Source of the DNA: Microcoleus sp.
GTDB taxonomy: Bacteria; Cyanobacteriota; Cyanobacteriia; Cyanobacteriales; Microcoleaceae
Assembly (NCBI GenBank): GCA_042408215.1
Contig: JAYFMW010000014.1
Coordinates: 49,555-113,554, forward strand
Direction of reading: 5' to 3'
DNA: 64,000 nt
This document shows positions 1 to 10,506 of this stretch, piece after piece. Below the pieces are notes generated by a model. That model searched no databases and had not been told where the DNA came from. It saw nothing but the letters and a program-made list of their open reading frames with translations. Positions within the stretch are counted from its first letter, which is position 1. Each line of letters begins with the position of its first letter. Both the position numbers and the translations under genes were made by a program.

Positions 1-2957
1 CTTTCTTACGGTCTTTGAGCCATTTGTCCAACACCTGATAACCGCCAATTTTAAACTCCCAAACGACCGGGGCGATGCCTTCAAAATAGCGATTTTTGTT
101 GATATAAACTCGTTGTTCTGCGGGTTTATAGGTAACTTCGGTAACGGCATTGTCACCATCGCCATTCATTTTAGTAATCAGCTTATTCAGCTTTTTCGAT
201 TTCATCAGGTGCAGGTCTACTAATGCCTGACCTTTTGCACCCAAGTCTTTGAATAGCTGATCGTTACTGGTCAATGGAACGCGGGGAAAGTCGATTTTGA
301 GAAACTCGGCGTAGCGTTGGCGATAGGTAGGGCTATGGAAGATGGCGTAGATGTAGTAAAAGATGGCTTCTGGAGTGGGAATGTAGCCAAGTTTTTTTTG
401 AATTGTGTCAAGAAAAGTCTGAGAAAGATTCGGTCATTTTTGCTTAAATAAATAACCTTGTTGATCTGCAGTATCGGGATAAAGATAAAGAGGAAATAAG
501 ACTAATTAGCGCTCTTTTGGCAAATCGTATGATTATTTTCGTGATAATACAACTTGGTAGCCAAAAACCTTCCTTTATCTTCAACCTGCGATATGTTAAA
601 TTCCTAGTTTTTTCTTGTAGCATATGTCTCATCACATCTCCACTGGAGTAATCGACTCCATCTTCATGATGTGTAGTAAGATCTCCAAGTCAAAAGGTCG
701 ATATAAGCATTGGTAATATATTTTCACAATCATGTTTGCTTTGACTATCGTCGTCTTTGGCTTTGAATTTCCAATCTCTAGTATCTTGAATCTCATAGTC
801 TTCTATTTCTTGATCTGAAATGCTCAGACTCTAAATTTTTCATATGCGTTTTCGGAGTTGCCATTGGTAAAGTCAATACATGATCGCTGTGCAGTCTCGA
901 TCCCTGTTGAGTTAACAGGCATAATTTCGGTAATTTTCCAACCTCTCATTATATTCTGCTCAGAGAGTCGGTGTTTTGAGGACAGAATAAATAAAACGGT
1001 AATTGAGGTGCGATCGCTTTCCAATCAACATCGTCAATACAACTTTGATTCAAAATCTCATATTTAGTCGCTCGATTTCCCCAAAGTCAGCATGATGAAC
1101 ATTAGCTGCACCTGTCTTTCCAGGCTCTTTAATAAAAATTCCAATACTAACACCCTGCTGAATATCAAAGACATTTTGATCGGGTGAACCGTCAGGAGAA
1201 ATTTCTTTTTTCTTAGAATTACCGTGTAAATCCAAGAGATAGATATCTGTAAATGTTTGCATCAAGTTCTGACGCATTCCTCTAAACGTTGGATTATCCA
1301 GATAACCATGATTGGTAATGAACGCTAAAACGCCATAACCGGTTTCGCTGACTCGCCACTGCCCAAACCGAATGAATTTTACATAATCATCTTGCAAATA
1401 CTTAGGATTTTGTTCTCCTAGCGGTAAACCGTTCACATAGTAGTAATCGCGAACTAAACCAGCAATCCACTCGCTTTTATTTGCCGAATGTCCTGAATAA
1501 GGCGGATTGCCCAACACCACCATCACAGGTGTATCTCGTTTTACCGTCGAAGCTTCATTTGCTTCCTGTGCGACAAACTGACCAAACAAAATCTCTGACT
1601 TTTTCAGTGCCTCATCTAGCGTATTGGTGAGGTAAATGCCTAATCGTTGTTTGCCCTTAAATTTGTAACCAAGTTCTTGAAGTTCTAGCCCTAGCTTAAG
1701 ATGAGCAATGGCATAGGGAGCCATCAATAACTCAAAGCCAAACAATCGATTCAGCAAATTATCTCGCACATAGCTATCCCACTGATTCGCCATGCCAATT
1801 TCTTCTAAATTGCGGTAAATTTGCTTTACTACTTCATACAAAAACGTACCTGTACCCGTTGCAGGATCGAGAATTTGCACTTTCGGCTTTTGTGTTATTG
1901 GATCTTTGGCATTATCAGCTAATCCCAATGGCAAATCGAAGCGGTCTTTGAGAATAGCATCAACCGATCGCACAATAAACGACACCACAGGTTCCGGTGT
2001 ATAATAAACGCCTCGACTCTTTCGCAAAGCCGCATTATACGCCGCCAAAAACGTTTCATAAAAATGCACCACCGGGTCTTCTTGACGAGTGCGCTGCCCA
2101 AAGTTTTCGAGAATGCTGCCCATATCAACCTGAGACAGCAATTGCACCAGATCGTCGATCGCCCAATCGATCTGACTGACTGCATCCGTTTCGACGATCG
2201 TATTAAACAATCGCTTCAAAAATGGGTTTGTTGCCGGAATATACGTGCCCGCCGTGCGCCGAGTAAACGGTTCACACCCTGGATTTTGAGCATGACCAAC
2301 TCTTGCCGCAAATAACCCATAAGAAATCGTCTGAGCATACATATCAGCAAAATCAGCATCATTCAAATCGGGCAACAAAACCTCACTAAAGCCCTGTTTC
2401 AGTTGATGCAATTCACCGTCTTTCCTTTCTCCCTCCAGCGCAGTTGTTGTTGCTAACCGAATTGCCTTCGTCAACCTCGCCATCTGTCGCGCCAGGTCTT
2501 CAGGACTGCTGATAATCTCGCCAGTATAGTTGATAAACTGATCTAGCAGAGCCGCAATCTTTTCTGTAGCCCTTACTTGCAGCTTATTCTCATTACGATC
2601 TGCTAAAATTTCCTTCTGTCTGCGCTTCCCATTCACATACCAACGAAACTCTAAATAATTGGTCAATACTAGATTCGGAAACGCTTCTATATACCGCTGC
2701 AATTGCTCCGATTTTTCTATCTGATCCAAATCTAGCCCAACGTCTTTGGCTTCTACATAACCCACCAATAGTTCCCGCCGCCGCACGGTAAAGTCTGGAA
2801 TCCCTGCCTTATTGCCTTTTTCTTCAATGACGGCATCAATGCCCTTGTCTGAGTCATCCAGCAAATCTTTCAACGCTGGATAATGGCTGCGCTCGCTACC
2901 TTTTTGCAGGTTATTTTGAATCGACTTGAGGTAAGCATCAAAAGATATAGATGGCAT
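1..2957 (-). pseudogene. Type ISP/IIG-like restriction-modification enzyme (N6-adenine MTase plus C-terminal specificity domain), frameshifted; runs off the window start
   Basis: ORF 1050..2957 has PD-(D/E)xK-like PDF...VEAK, GVYYTP, motif I ILDPATGTGTF and motif IV GNPPY. The C-terminal motif IFYYIYAIFHSPTYRQRYAEFLKIDFPRVPLT lies at ~270-365 in another frame. Several frame breaks occur between ~430 and ~1090. Confidence 0.8.
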
Positions 2958-3031
2958 TGAATCAGTTCCCTGGTTTAGTTTGGTTTTCGCGCCTCTGCCA
3001 TTGTTAGTTTACCCGTAAAGGGCTCAACCTG

Positions 3032-3511
3032 CTAGCTATATACTCTGGTCTCATGCAATTCCTCTTCTTGGCTAAACTCAGCTAATTCCTTGAGAATTTC
3101 ACGGCGCTTAACAGTACGCTGCTGTTTATAGGCGATCGCACTTACCAAACTAATCCGCCGCTGGTTTCCTACTTTTCCATAGGCAATTTCCCCATCATCG
3201 AGTAATTTGACCACAAATTCTGGCGACACATTCAGCAAACTAGCAGTTTCTTCAACAGTCATATCTGGCTCAATTGGCACTAAAGATACTGCTTTACCAG
3301 CCGCCATTAAATGTGCGGCTTGACACAACAATTGATAGAGCGATTCAGGAAGTGCGATTTCTTCCCCGCCAACTTCCACAAGTTTTACTTGTAATGTCTC
3401 AGAATTACCATTTTCTATCTTGAGACATAGCATTTTATCCAACAATTTGATAGCTTTTGTTTCTTCTTCTGTCGGTAAAACCGGATCTAGGAGTATTTTT
3501 TGCCTGTTCAT
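3032..3511 (-). CDS. Excisionase-family/MerR-like HTH DNA-binding protein
   Basis: MTVEETASLLNVSPEFVVKLLDDGEI...VGNQRRI signature. Confidence 0.8.
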   Translation of the reverse strand: MNRQKILLDPVLPTEEETKAIKLLDKMLCLKIENGNSETLQVKLVEVGGEEIALPESLYQLLCQAAHLMAAGKAVSLVPIEPDMTVEETASLLNVSPEFVVKLLDDGEIAYGKVGNQRRISLVSAIAYKQQRTVKRREILKELAEFSQEEELHETRVYS

Positions 3512-3550
3512 GGAAATGTTTCCTGAATTCGTTTAATGCTATTATACCTT

Positions 3551-4495
3551 ATAAGATGCGGCGATTGAAATCGCTTCTACACAAACAAAGTCGGCCTCCG
3601 CCGACTGAAGAATATTGATACCAAATCAGACTTAAATACCCGCTCATTTTCTTAGATAAGATGCGGCGATTGAAATCGCTTCTACACAAACGAAGTCGGC
3701 CTCCGCCGACTGAAGAATATTGATCTCAAATCAGACTTAAATACCCGCTCATTTTCTTAGATAAGATGCGGCGATTGAAATCGCTTCTACACAAACGAAG
3801 TCGGCCTCCGCCGACTGAAGAATATTGATCTCAAATCAGACTTAAATACCCGCTCATTTTCTTAGATAAGATGCGGCGATTGAAATCGCTTCTACACAAA
3901 CGAAGTCGGCCTCCGCCGACTGAAGAATATTGATCTCAAATCAGACTTAAATACCCGCTCATTTTCTTAGATAAGATGCGGCGATTGAAATCGCTTCTAC
4001 ACAAACGAAGTCGGCCTCCGCCGACTGAAGAATATTGATCTCAAATCAGACTTAAATACCCGCTCATTTTCTCAGATAAGATGCGGCGATTGAAATCGCT
4101 TCTACACAAACAAAGTCGGCCTCCGCCGACTGAAGAATATTGATATTAAATCAGACTTAAATACCCGCTCATTTTCTCAGATAAGATGCGGCGATTGAAA
4201 TCGCTTCTACACAAACAAAGTCGGCCTCCGCCGACTGAAGAATATTGATCTCAAATCAGACTTAAATACCCGCTCATTTTCTTAGATAAGATGCGGCGAT
4301 TGAAATCGCTTCTACACAAACGAAGTCGGCCTCCGCCGACTGAAGAATATTGATCTCAAATCAGACTTAAATACCCGCTCATTTTCTCAGATAAGATGCG
4401 GCGATTGAAATCGCTTCTACACAAACGAAGTCGGCCTCCGCCGACTGAAGAATATTGATCTCAAATCAGACTTAAATACCCGCTCATTTTCTTAG
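3551..4495. repeat. Tandem array, 9 x 105 bp, of a REP-like element arm plus spacer
   Basis: Unit ataagatgcggcgattgaaatcgc...cattttcttag starts at 3551, 3656, 3761 ... 4391. The single opposite arm (agtccgcgaaggcggactttgtttgtgtagacgcggtttcaaccgc) follows at ~4494-4538. Confidence 0.95.
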
Positions 4496-4553
4496 TCCGC
4501 GAAGGCGGACTTTGTTTGTGTAGACGCGGTTTCAACCGCCGGGTTTCTCCAAA

Positions 4554-4618
4554 GAAACCGGGTTTTTTACCAAATCTATCGACTACAACGAAATATTGTC
4601 GTAAAAAACCCGGTTTCT
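4554..4618. repeat. REP-like inverted repeat GAAACCGGGTTTTT...AAAAACCCGGTTTC
   Basis: Related copies at ~42598, ~43940, ~54635 (half) and ~56321. Confidence 0.75.
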
Positions 4619-4631
4619 CGGCCTCGCAATC

Positions 4632-6041
4632 CTACAACTGCTTCACCTCAGCAACCAATTTGGCAACCACATCCTTAGCGCTACCAAACAACATCATCGT
4701 CTTATCCTTATAAAACAACTCATTGTCAACACCCGAAAAACCAGCACTCATCCCGCGCTTAATTACGATCGTATGCTTAGCCTTATCAACCTCCAAAATC
4801 GGCATCCCATAAATCGGGCTCGCCGTATCGTGACGCGCCGCCGGATTCACCACATCATTCGCACCAATCACCAACGCCACATCCGTCTCTTCAAACTGCG
4901 GATTGATATCGTCCATATCGTACAACTGCGGATAAGGCACGTTTGCTTCTGCTAGCAACACATTCATGTGCCCCGGCATCCGCCCAGCCACCGGGTGAAT
5001 CGCGTATTTGACGTCAACTCCCATTTTTTCCAAACCGTCGGCTAACTCGCGCACGGCGTGTTGTGCTTGCGCTACAGCCATCCCGTAGCCCGGAACGATC
5101 ACAACCGATCGCGCATAACCCAACATCATCGCACTTTCTTCAATATCAATGCTGTGAACAGTTTTGTCGATCGCCCCAGCAGCAGCCCCAGCAGCCCCAG
5201 CACTAGCACCACCGCTACCAAAGGCGCTAAACAACACGCTAGAAAGCGATCGATTCATCGCCTTACACATGATTTGCGTCAAAATAATCCCCGACGCGCC
5301 AACAAGTGCACCAGCGATAATCAGCATATTGTTCATCAAAATGAACCCAGCCACACTCGCCGCAATCCCCGAATAGGAGTTAAGCAGCGACACCACCACC
5401 GGCATATCGCCGCCCCCAATCGGGAGCACAAACATGATTCCCAGAATATTGGAAATCGCCACCAAAGCCAGGAATACCGGCACATTCTCCGGATTCGTCA
5501 GCATATAACCGCTGCCCGCTAAAAGCGCGATCGCCAGTAAAGCATTAAACGGCTGTTGTAGCGGAAACGTGACAGGAGCACCAGGTAGCAATTCTTGCAG
5601 CTTCGCAAACGCCACAACGCTACCAGTGAAAGTAATCCCGCCAATCAACACACCCAAAAGGATCGTGATTGTCGCGTCTGGAGTCGGCGATTCCGGGATG
5701 CTGAGATAGCGCCAGAATTCGCCCACAGCAACGAGTGCAGAAGCCGCGCCCCCAAAACCGTTAAGCAAACCCACCATCTGCGGCATATCCGTCATCGCCA
5801 CGGTTTTCGCCATAATTGTTCCCAAAATGGAACCGATGATAATTCCGACAGCAATCAATTCGTAGCTGACTACTTGTTTTTCCAGCAACGTACCGACGAT
5901 CGCAATCAACATCCCGATCGCAGCTAACACATTTCCTTGACGGGCGGTTGCGGGCGATCCCAACTGTTTCAAACCGACAATAAACAAAGATGCGGCAACT
6001 AAATAACCTAGTTGAATGGCACTTGGCAGAAAATCACTCAC
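4632..6041 (-). CDS. pntB: NAD(P) transhydrogenase subunit beta
   Basis: MPQMVGLLNGFGG, PIGGGDMPVVVSLLNSYSG, HPVAGRMPGHMNVLLAEA. Confidence 0.97.
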   Translation of the reverse strand: MSDFLPSAIQLGYLVAASLFIVGLKQLGSPATARQGNVLAAIGMLIAIVGTLLEKQVVSYELIAVGIIIGSILGTIMAKTVAMTDMPQMVGLLNGFGGAASALVAVGEFWRYLSIPESPTPDATITILLGVLIGGITFTGSVVAFAKLQELLPGAPVTFPLQQPFNALLAIALLAGSGYMLTNPENVPVFLALVAISNILGIMFVLPIGGGDMPVVVSLLNSYSGIAASVAGFILMNNMLIIAGALVGASGIILTQIMCKAMNRSLSSVLFSAFGSGGASAGAAGAAAGAIDKTVHSIDIEESAMMLGYARSVVIVPGYGMAVAQAQHAVRELADGLEKMGVDVKYAIHPVAGRMPGHMNVLLAEANVPYPQLYDMDDINPQFEETDVALVIGANDVVNPAARHDTASPIYGMPILEVDKAKHTIVIKRGMSAGFSGVDNELFYKDKTMMLFGSAKDVVAKLVAEVKQL

Positions 6042-6083
6042 GCTTTAACCTCTAACTCTTTTCTCAGACATTTCTTGAAAATT

Positions 6084-7373
6084 TCATACAAACGAGTAGT
6101 TGTATCCATCGTTTCGTTGAACAGGCTTAATTTGATTCCGAGAAACGCTAATCACAGTAGTGTCGTTTACTCGAATATCAAAATTTCCTTTAAACCTTGT
6201 GGTTTTAATTCGCTTGCATTTAACCCCCTCATACTTGCCGTCAATTACAGAGACAATATCTCCAGTTTTCCAACCTTTGACCTTTTTTTTGGGCTGATAA
6301 CCCTTGCGAGGAAAACCATATTTATCAGTCTGTACAACTTGGCGACTCCCCCAACCCATAGCTTTAATTAGCAAAGGTTGATTGATTGCCAAAGTTAAAC
6401 CCTGACTCACATCTCCGCAGCAAGCAGCATCTATCCAATGAGCCTTTGGTAAACCAAGTTTAGTCCGATTGAACTTAGTTAAAGAACCACGTCCTACATA
6501 TATATGCTCGAGTTTTGTAGCCTTTAAAACTTCGAGCAAAGCAGATTTAGTAGCATTGACCGCCGCCGCATCCTTTAATGGTGCTTTAGCTTGACTCATT
6601 ATTCTTTTAAGAAGATCAGGCTGGCTTTTCAGAAAGTCTTTGATGTCTTCAGTCCCCTTTTTGATATTGCATTTTTTACAAGCCAAGCACAGGTTAGAAA
6701 CACGATTGCTACCACCTTTAGCGCGTGGGTTCATATGCTCTACCTGTAACGGTAAATTTTCAGCACTACAGTAAGCACATTTGCGATTCCACTTTTCAAG
6801 CAGGTATTCTCTAACCTCATAACCTTGCAGTTCCCCTTGTTGATATTCAATACCATAAACTTCAGGGCTTTGCATTTTTTGAGTATCAAACTTTACCAAC
6901 TCAAAAGCTATTGATTTAATTGGTGCTAACTTACAAAGGCGATTCACCCAGGTAATTGTAGTTAATACTCGATGCTGCAAACTTGGAGGTAGCCAACCTT
7001 TCCGACGAATACGATTAAAAAATCGCAGCTGACGATAACGAGTCTTACGATTACGGCGGTTGCGTCGGATGGCACGGCGAGTTTCCAGTCGCGATTTGAT
7101 AGCTTGCCCCCGATGGGTAAGTTCAGCACCCCAAATTACTTGGGTTAAGAACACCAAAGCTATACCAGTAGTTTTACTACCAGGATCGATGCGAATTTCT
7201 ATTGGTTGTGGTTGTTCCTCTACTGATTTGTTGAGGATGATTGCAAATGGGTACAGTCTGAAAACTTTTGCTTTGCCTGCATTTAATAGCTTTCTAGCTA
7301 TCACTGGCAGGCACGGGGTTAAAGGTTTCTTCCTGCTATCGAGTACGAATACTTGATTGGGATTTTTAGACAT
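6084..7373 (-). CDS. iscB: RNA-guided endonuclease IscB
   Basis: PLMP-like KPLTPC, RuvC-I IDPGSK, Arg-rich bridge helix, RuvC-II ELVKFD, HNH CAYC...VEH...GGSNRVSNL.LACKKCN, RuvC-III HWIDAAC; all appear intact. Confidence 0.95.
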   Translation of the reverse strand: MSKNPNQVFVLDSRKKPLTPCLPVIARKLLNAGKAKVFRLYPFAIILNKSVEEQPQPIEIRIDPGSKTTGIALVFLTQVIWGAELTHRGQAIKSRLETRRAIRRNRRNRKTRYRQLRFFNRIRRKGWLPPSLQHRVLTTITWVNRLCKLAPIKSIAFELVKFDTQKMQSPEVYGIEYQQGELQGYEVREYLLEKWNRKCAYCSAENLPLQVEHMNPRAKGGSNRVSNLCLACKKCNIKKGTEDIKDFLKSQPDLLKRIMSQAKAPLKDAAAVNATKSALLEVLKATKLEHIYVGRGSLTKFNRTKLGLPKAHWIDAACCGDVSQGLTLAINQPLLIKAMGWGSRQVVQTDKYGFPRKGYQPKKKVKGWKTGDIVSVIDGKYEGVKCKRIKTTRFKGNFDIRVNDTTVISVSRNQIKPVQRNDGYNYSFV

Positions 7374-7379
7374 GGTTGC

Positions 7380-7600
7380 GTCTATTCCTAATTAGTAAAG
7401 GTTGCCTTGGCATTGTTATTGGTCGGTATGATCTCAACAGCACTGGCTTTACAAAATCCTTGCCTGTTTAACTGCCGAGTTATAGAGCTTGGGGCTGGCA
7501 CGTACTCCAAGGTATGAACTTGAACGCTTGCCAATAACGAAAGCCTGGACTTACTTAGAATTTTCTGGGTTTATTCAGAAATGTCTAGGATTTGAGTAAG
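7380..7600 (-). ncRNA. omegaRNA (HEARO-like) of the IscB element
   Basis: Lies directly upstream of iscB. Shows a cttact...agtaag 5' stem and HEARO-like blocks cgttatt, accttggagtacgtgccagccccaagctct, taaaca...cagtg, aacaatgccaaggcaacctttac. Confidence 0.8.
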
Positions 7601-7881
7601 TCTTTTTTCTTGAACATTTGTAGCATTCGATCGGTGACTAAGAAACCGCCGACAACGTTAATTGTGGCAAGGGCGATCGCGATCGTCCCCAAAATCGAAG
7701 TAACAGTCACATTACCTTGGCCTGAAATTAGAATTGCGCCTAAAACCGCAATTCCTGAAATCGCATTGGAACCCGACATCAAAGGTGTGTGTAGCGTCGG
7801 TGGGACTTTGTTAATTACTTCAAATCCCACAAACGATGCTAGAGTAAACACCACTAAACCTGCAATCAATCCTTCTGCCAT
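7585..7881 (-). CDS. pntAB: NAD(P) transhydrogenase subunit alpha, part 2 (C-terminal DLLKS supplied by the inserted element)
   Basis: VPPTLHTPLMSGSNAISG, INVVGGFLVTDRMLQMF. Confidence 0.95.
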   Translation of the reverse strand: MAEGLIAGLVVFTLASFVGFEVINKVPPTLHTPLMSGSNAISGIAVLGAILISGQGNVTVTSILGTIAIALATINVVGGFLVTDRMLQMFKKKDLLKS

Positions 7882-7887
7882 AATACT

Positions 7888-8072
7888 TGGTAATTGGTAA
7901 TTGGTTATTTGTCATTAGTCATTAGTTGTTAGTCATTAGTCATTAGTTGTTAGTCATTAGTTGTTAGTCATTAGTTGTTATTTTCAATGACTCCCGACTC
8001 CCGACTACCGACTACTAACTACTAACTAATGACTACTAACTAATGACTAATGACTACTGACTAATGACTGCT
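7888..8072. repeat. Short tandem heptamer repeats (STRR-like, TTAGTCA/TGACTAA) in inverted blocks
   Basis: Visible heptamer runs; similar tracts at ~24920-25070, ~31920-31995, ~40050-40090 and ~59300-59350. Confidence 0.8.
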
Positions 8073-9209
8073 GACTGCGGAAGCAGCCAAAGCATCCCGC
8101 ACTCGCTGGTTACTAATTTCACCATCACGAGCCACACAGGAACCAGCGATGATATCGTCTTCAAAATTCAGATTTAGCTCCTTATCTTTCAGCATCAACT
8201 GAAGCAAAGACGAGACATTCTTCGAGTAAGTTTCACTAGCATGAACAGGCATTGAGGATGGTAAATTAATCGGGCCAATCACATTAACACCGTTCCATTC
8301 AACATCTTTTCCTGCTTCCGTGCACTCGCAATTGCCGCCTTGCTCGGCCGCGAGGTCAACAATTACTGCTCCCGGTTTCATTTGAGAAACCATTTCTCTA
8401 GTCACTAAAATCGGTGCTTTTCTACCAGGAACTTGAGCCGTTGTAATCACCGCATCGGAAGCACCGACGTGCTGGGTGAGCACTTGACGGGTGTGTTCTT
8501 TAGCGGCTTCTGATAATTCTTTAGCATAGCCGCCTGCTGCTACAGTTTCTTCTTTGAGTTCGACATCAATAAATTTAGCACCCAAACTTTGCACTTGTTC
8601 TTTTGTTTCTGGGCGGATGTCAAATGCTTCGACTACTGCGCCCAAACGACGCGCCGTGGCGATCGCCTGTAAGCCCGCAACGCCCACACCCATTACCAAA
8701 ACTTTCGCGGGGCGAATCGTACCCGCCGCCGTTGTCAGCATCGGAAAATACTTCGGTAAAGCCGCTGCTGCGATCAATACCGCTTTGTAACCGGCGACGT
8801 TAGCCTGAGATGACAGCGCATCCATGCTTTGAGCGCGGCTGGTGCGCGGGATCATTTCCATACTGAATGCAGTCACTTGGCGATCGGCTAAACGCTGTAC
8901 CAAAGCCGGATTTCCCAAAGGATTCAAAAATCCGATGAAAACTGCTCCTTCCCGCAGTTGATGAACTTCTGACTCTTGCAATTCCCCGATTTTGACGACG
9001 ACATCAGCTTCGCCCCACAGCGTAGCGGTATCGGCGACAATCTGAGCTCCGGCTTCTTCGTAAGCCAGATCCGAGAAAAAGGATTTTGCTCCGGCACCGG
9101 CCTCAACCCAAACTTGGACGCCTTGTTTTACCAATTTGGCCACAGCGTCGGGTACTAAAGCCACCCGGCGCTCGCCTGCTGCTATTTCTTTTGCGATCGC
9201 TAATTTCAT
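8061..9209 (-). CDS. pntAA: NAD(P) transhydrogenase subunit alpha, part 1
   Basis: GERRVALVP, RAQSMDALSSQANVAGYKAV, GVGVAGLQA. Start is ATG 9209; the native RBS AAGGAG is displaced to ~9682-9687. Confidence 0.95.
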   Translation of the reverse strand: MKLAIAKEIAAGERRVALVPDAVAKLVKQGVQVWVEAGAGAKSFFSDLAYEEAGAQIVADTATLWGEADVVVKIGELQESEVHQLREGAVFIGFLNPLGNPALVQRLADRQVTAFSMEMIPRTSRAQSMDALSSQANVAGYKAVLIAAAALPKYFPMLTTAAGTIRPAKVLVMGVGVAGLQAIATARRLGAVVEAFDIRPETKEQVQSLGAKFIDVELKEETVAAGGYAKELSEAAKEHTRQVLTQHVGASDAVITTAQVPGRKAPILVTREMVSQMKPGAVIVDLAAEQGGNCECTEAGKDVEWNGVNVIGPINLPSSMPVHASETYSKNVSSLLQLMLKDKELNLNFEDDIIAGSCVARDGEISNQRVRDALAASAVSSH

Positions 9210-9676
9210 AAACAAACTCGGTAAGTGGGAAACTCAGTGGCTTTAGCCCGCTCGTGGGAAACGACCCTTCGACTGCGCTCAGGGCGACGCACGAGCGGTT
9301 TTAACCGCTTTGAATAACTTGTTTTATTACCGCCTTGGAGTTGTTCAATTCGGTGTGCTTTTGTGATGCACTTTCAATGGGACAGTTACCATTTCAAATT
9401 TCACAACCCTGTACGCATAATAGTTTTGCTCGATTGACAAGCCTCCCATTTCTGGGGTAATGTTAGCTTCGACCTGTTATAAGAGCTTGTTGGGCTTGCA
9501 ACACTGTTCCAGTGACCTTAGAACTGTTTAATCACAAGCGACAGAGCGGGGAACTAGCTACGCATTCGCCCGGTGTCGTGACTCAAATAACGGCTCCTCT
9601 TACGAGGGGTCTGGTCAATACGGCTTGCGAGAGATTTCTCTTACAAGCTCAGTCCCTTTAGGGCTGGGTTACTGAC
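9210..9676 (-). mobile_element. ORF-less IscB/IsrB-type IS200/IS605 element carrying a stand-alone omegaRNA
   Basis: Plus strand: target TCAT 9206-9209, guide GAAA plus hairpin; the far end has CAAG plus hairpin and TGAC 9673-9676. HEARO-like blocks lie on the minus strand at ~9450-9676. Confidence 0.85.
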
Positions 9677-9993
9677 GAACTCTCCTTTACTCTCGTTGAT
9701 AGTAAAGCCGATCGCCCAAATTCGAGCCGTATCTTTAACTTGTCTTATAGATTCAGATTCGCTAAATTGTTAAATTTGTTACGTCCCATGATATACTAAC
9801 GTGCTGACTAATTCTGTAGCTTGAATATCAGCCTGGGATATGGCATCAAAAAATTCACCTATATTGTTAAGCGATCGCCCTCATCAAATTTCTCAGAGAG
9901 TCGGTAATATTGGAGAGCTAATAGCAAATTGTCAGCACTAAATATTTGCTAAATATTCAAGGTTCGATCGTAATTTTATTTAGAGGAGTTGTT

Positions 9994-10506
9994 ATGCGAC
10001 GATTATTTTCAGCACTAGCGGTTACAAGTTGCTTGCTGACTGGCTTACCCGCCATCAGTTTAGCCCAAGGAATGCCTGGATTCACAATTTTCGGCGGCCC
10101 GGAGCGTAGCAATCAGTTAAACTACCGCTTAGATTACGGCAAATCTGGGATGAGTGGCGACAGATACCGACTGCGAATTCCTTCTAAGAAAGTAACTTTG
10201 GCGATCGCCCAACTAAACATTTCCTATCCAGACTACTACAAAGGCGAATTCGATCAAAAAGACATTAAAGTGCGCGTCAAAGACAAAACAATCGAATTGC
10301 AAGAAGTAATCTGGGACAAAGAAAATCGTTTCATAGAAATTTATCCCAAAGAGCCAATTCCTGCCGGCAACAATGTTGAGGTTGTACTCTCCAACGTCAA
10401 AAACCCATCGCCTGGGGGAATGTATCATTTCAACGTCCGCATCCGCACCCCCGGAGACGTTCCCTTGCTGCGTTACCTCGGCACTTGGCTATTGAGCATT
10501 GATTAG
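9994..10506 (+). CDS. DUF2808-family secreted cyanobacterial protein
   Basis: Signal peptide, DRYRLRIP, VVLSNVKNP..GGMYHFN...YLGTW; GAGGAG RBS before ATG 9994. Confidence 0.8.
   Translation: MRRLFSALAVTSCLLTGLPAISLAQGMPGFTIFGGPERSNQLNYRLDYGKSGMSGDRYRLRIPSKKVTLAIAQLNISYPDYYKGEFDQKDIKVRVKDKTIELQEVIWDKENRFIEIYPKEPIPAGNNVEVVLSNVKNPSPGGMYHFNVRIRTPGDVPLLRYLGTWLLSID

Larger units (their letters stand above)
6054..7600 (-). mobile_element. Non-autonomous IscB element inserted in the last codons of pntAB
   Basis: Removing it, with one copy of TCT (6051-6053/7601-7603), restores ...AAG AAA AAA GAG GTT AAA GCG TGA (KKKEVKA*), whose stop overlaps the pntB GTG. The ends are imperfect inverted repeats. 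Confidence 0.8.

Noticed and set aside
3032..3511. Prophage excisionase or complete toxin-antitoxin pair
   Set aside because: No integrase, phage genes or PIN-domain partner adjacent.
3551..4495. CRISPR or omegaRNA array
   Set aside because: Whole 105-bp units are near-identical, with no variable spacer and no HEARO blocks.
9210..9676. Group I intron/IStron explanation for the start-codon insertions
   Set aside because: No group I core recognised; the features fit a HEARO-type RNA with IS200/IS605 ends. A covariance search would be needed to exclude it fully.
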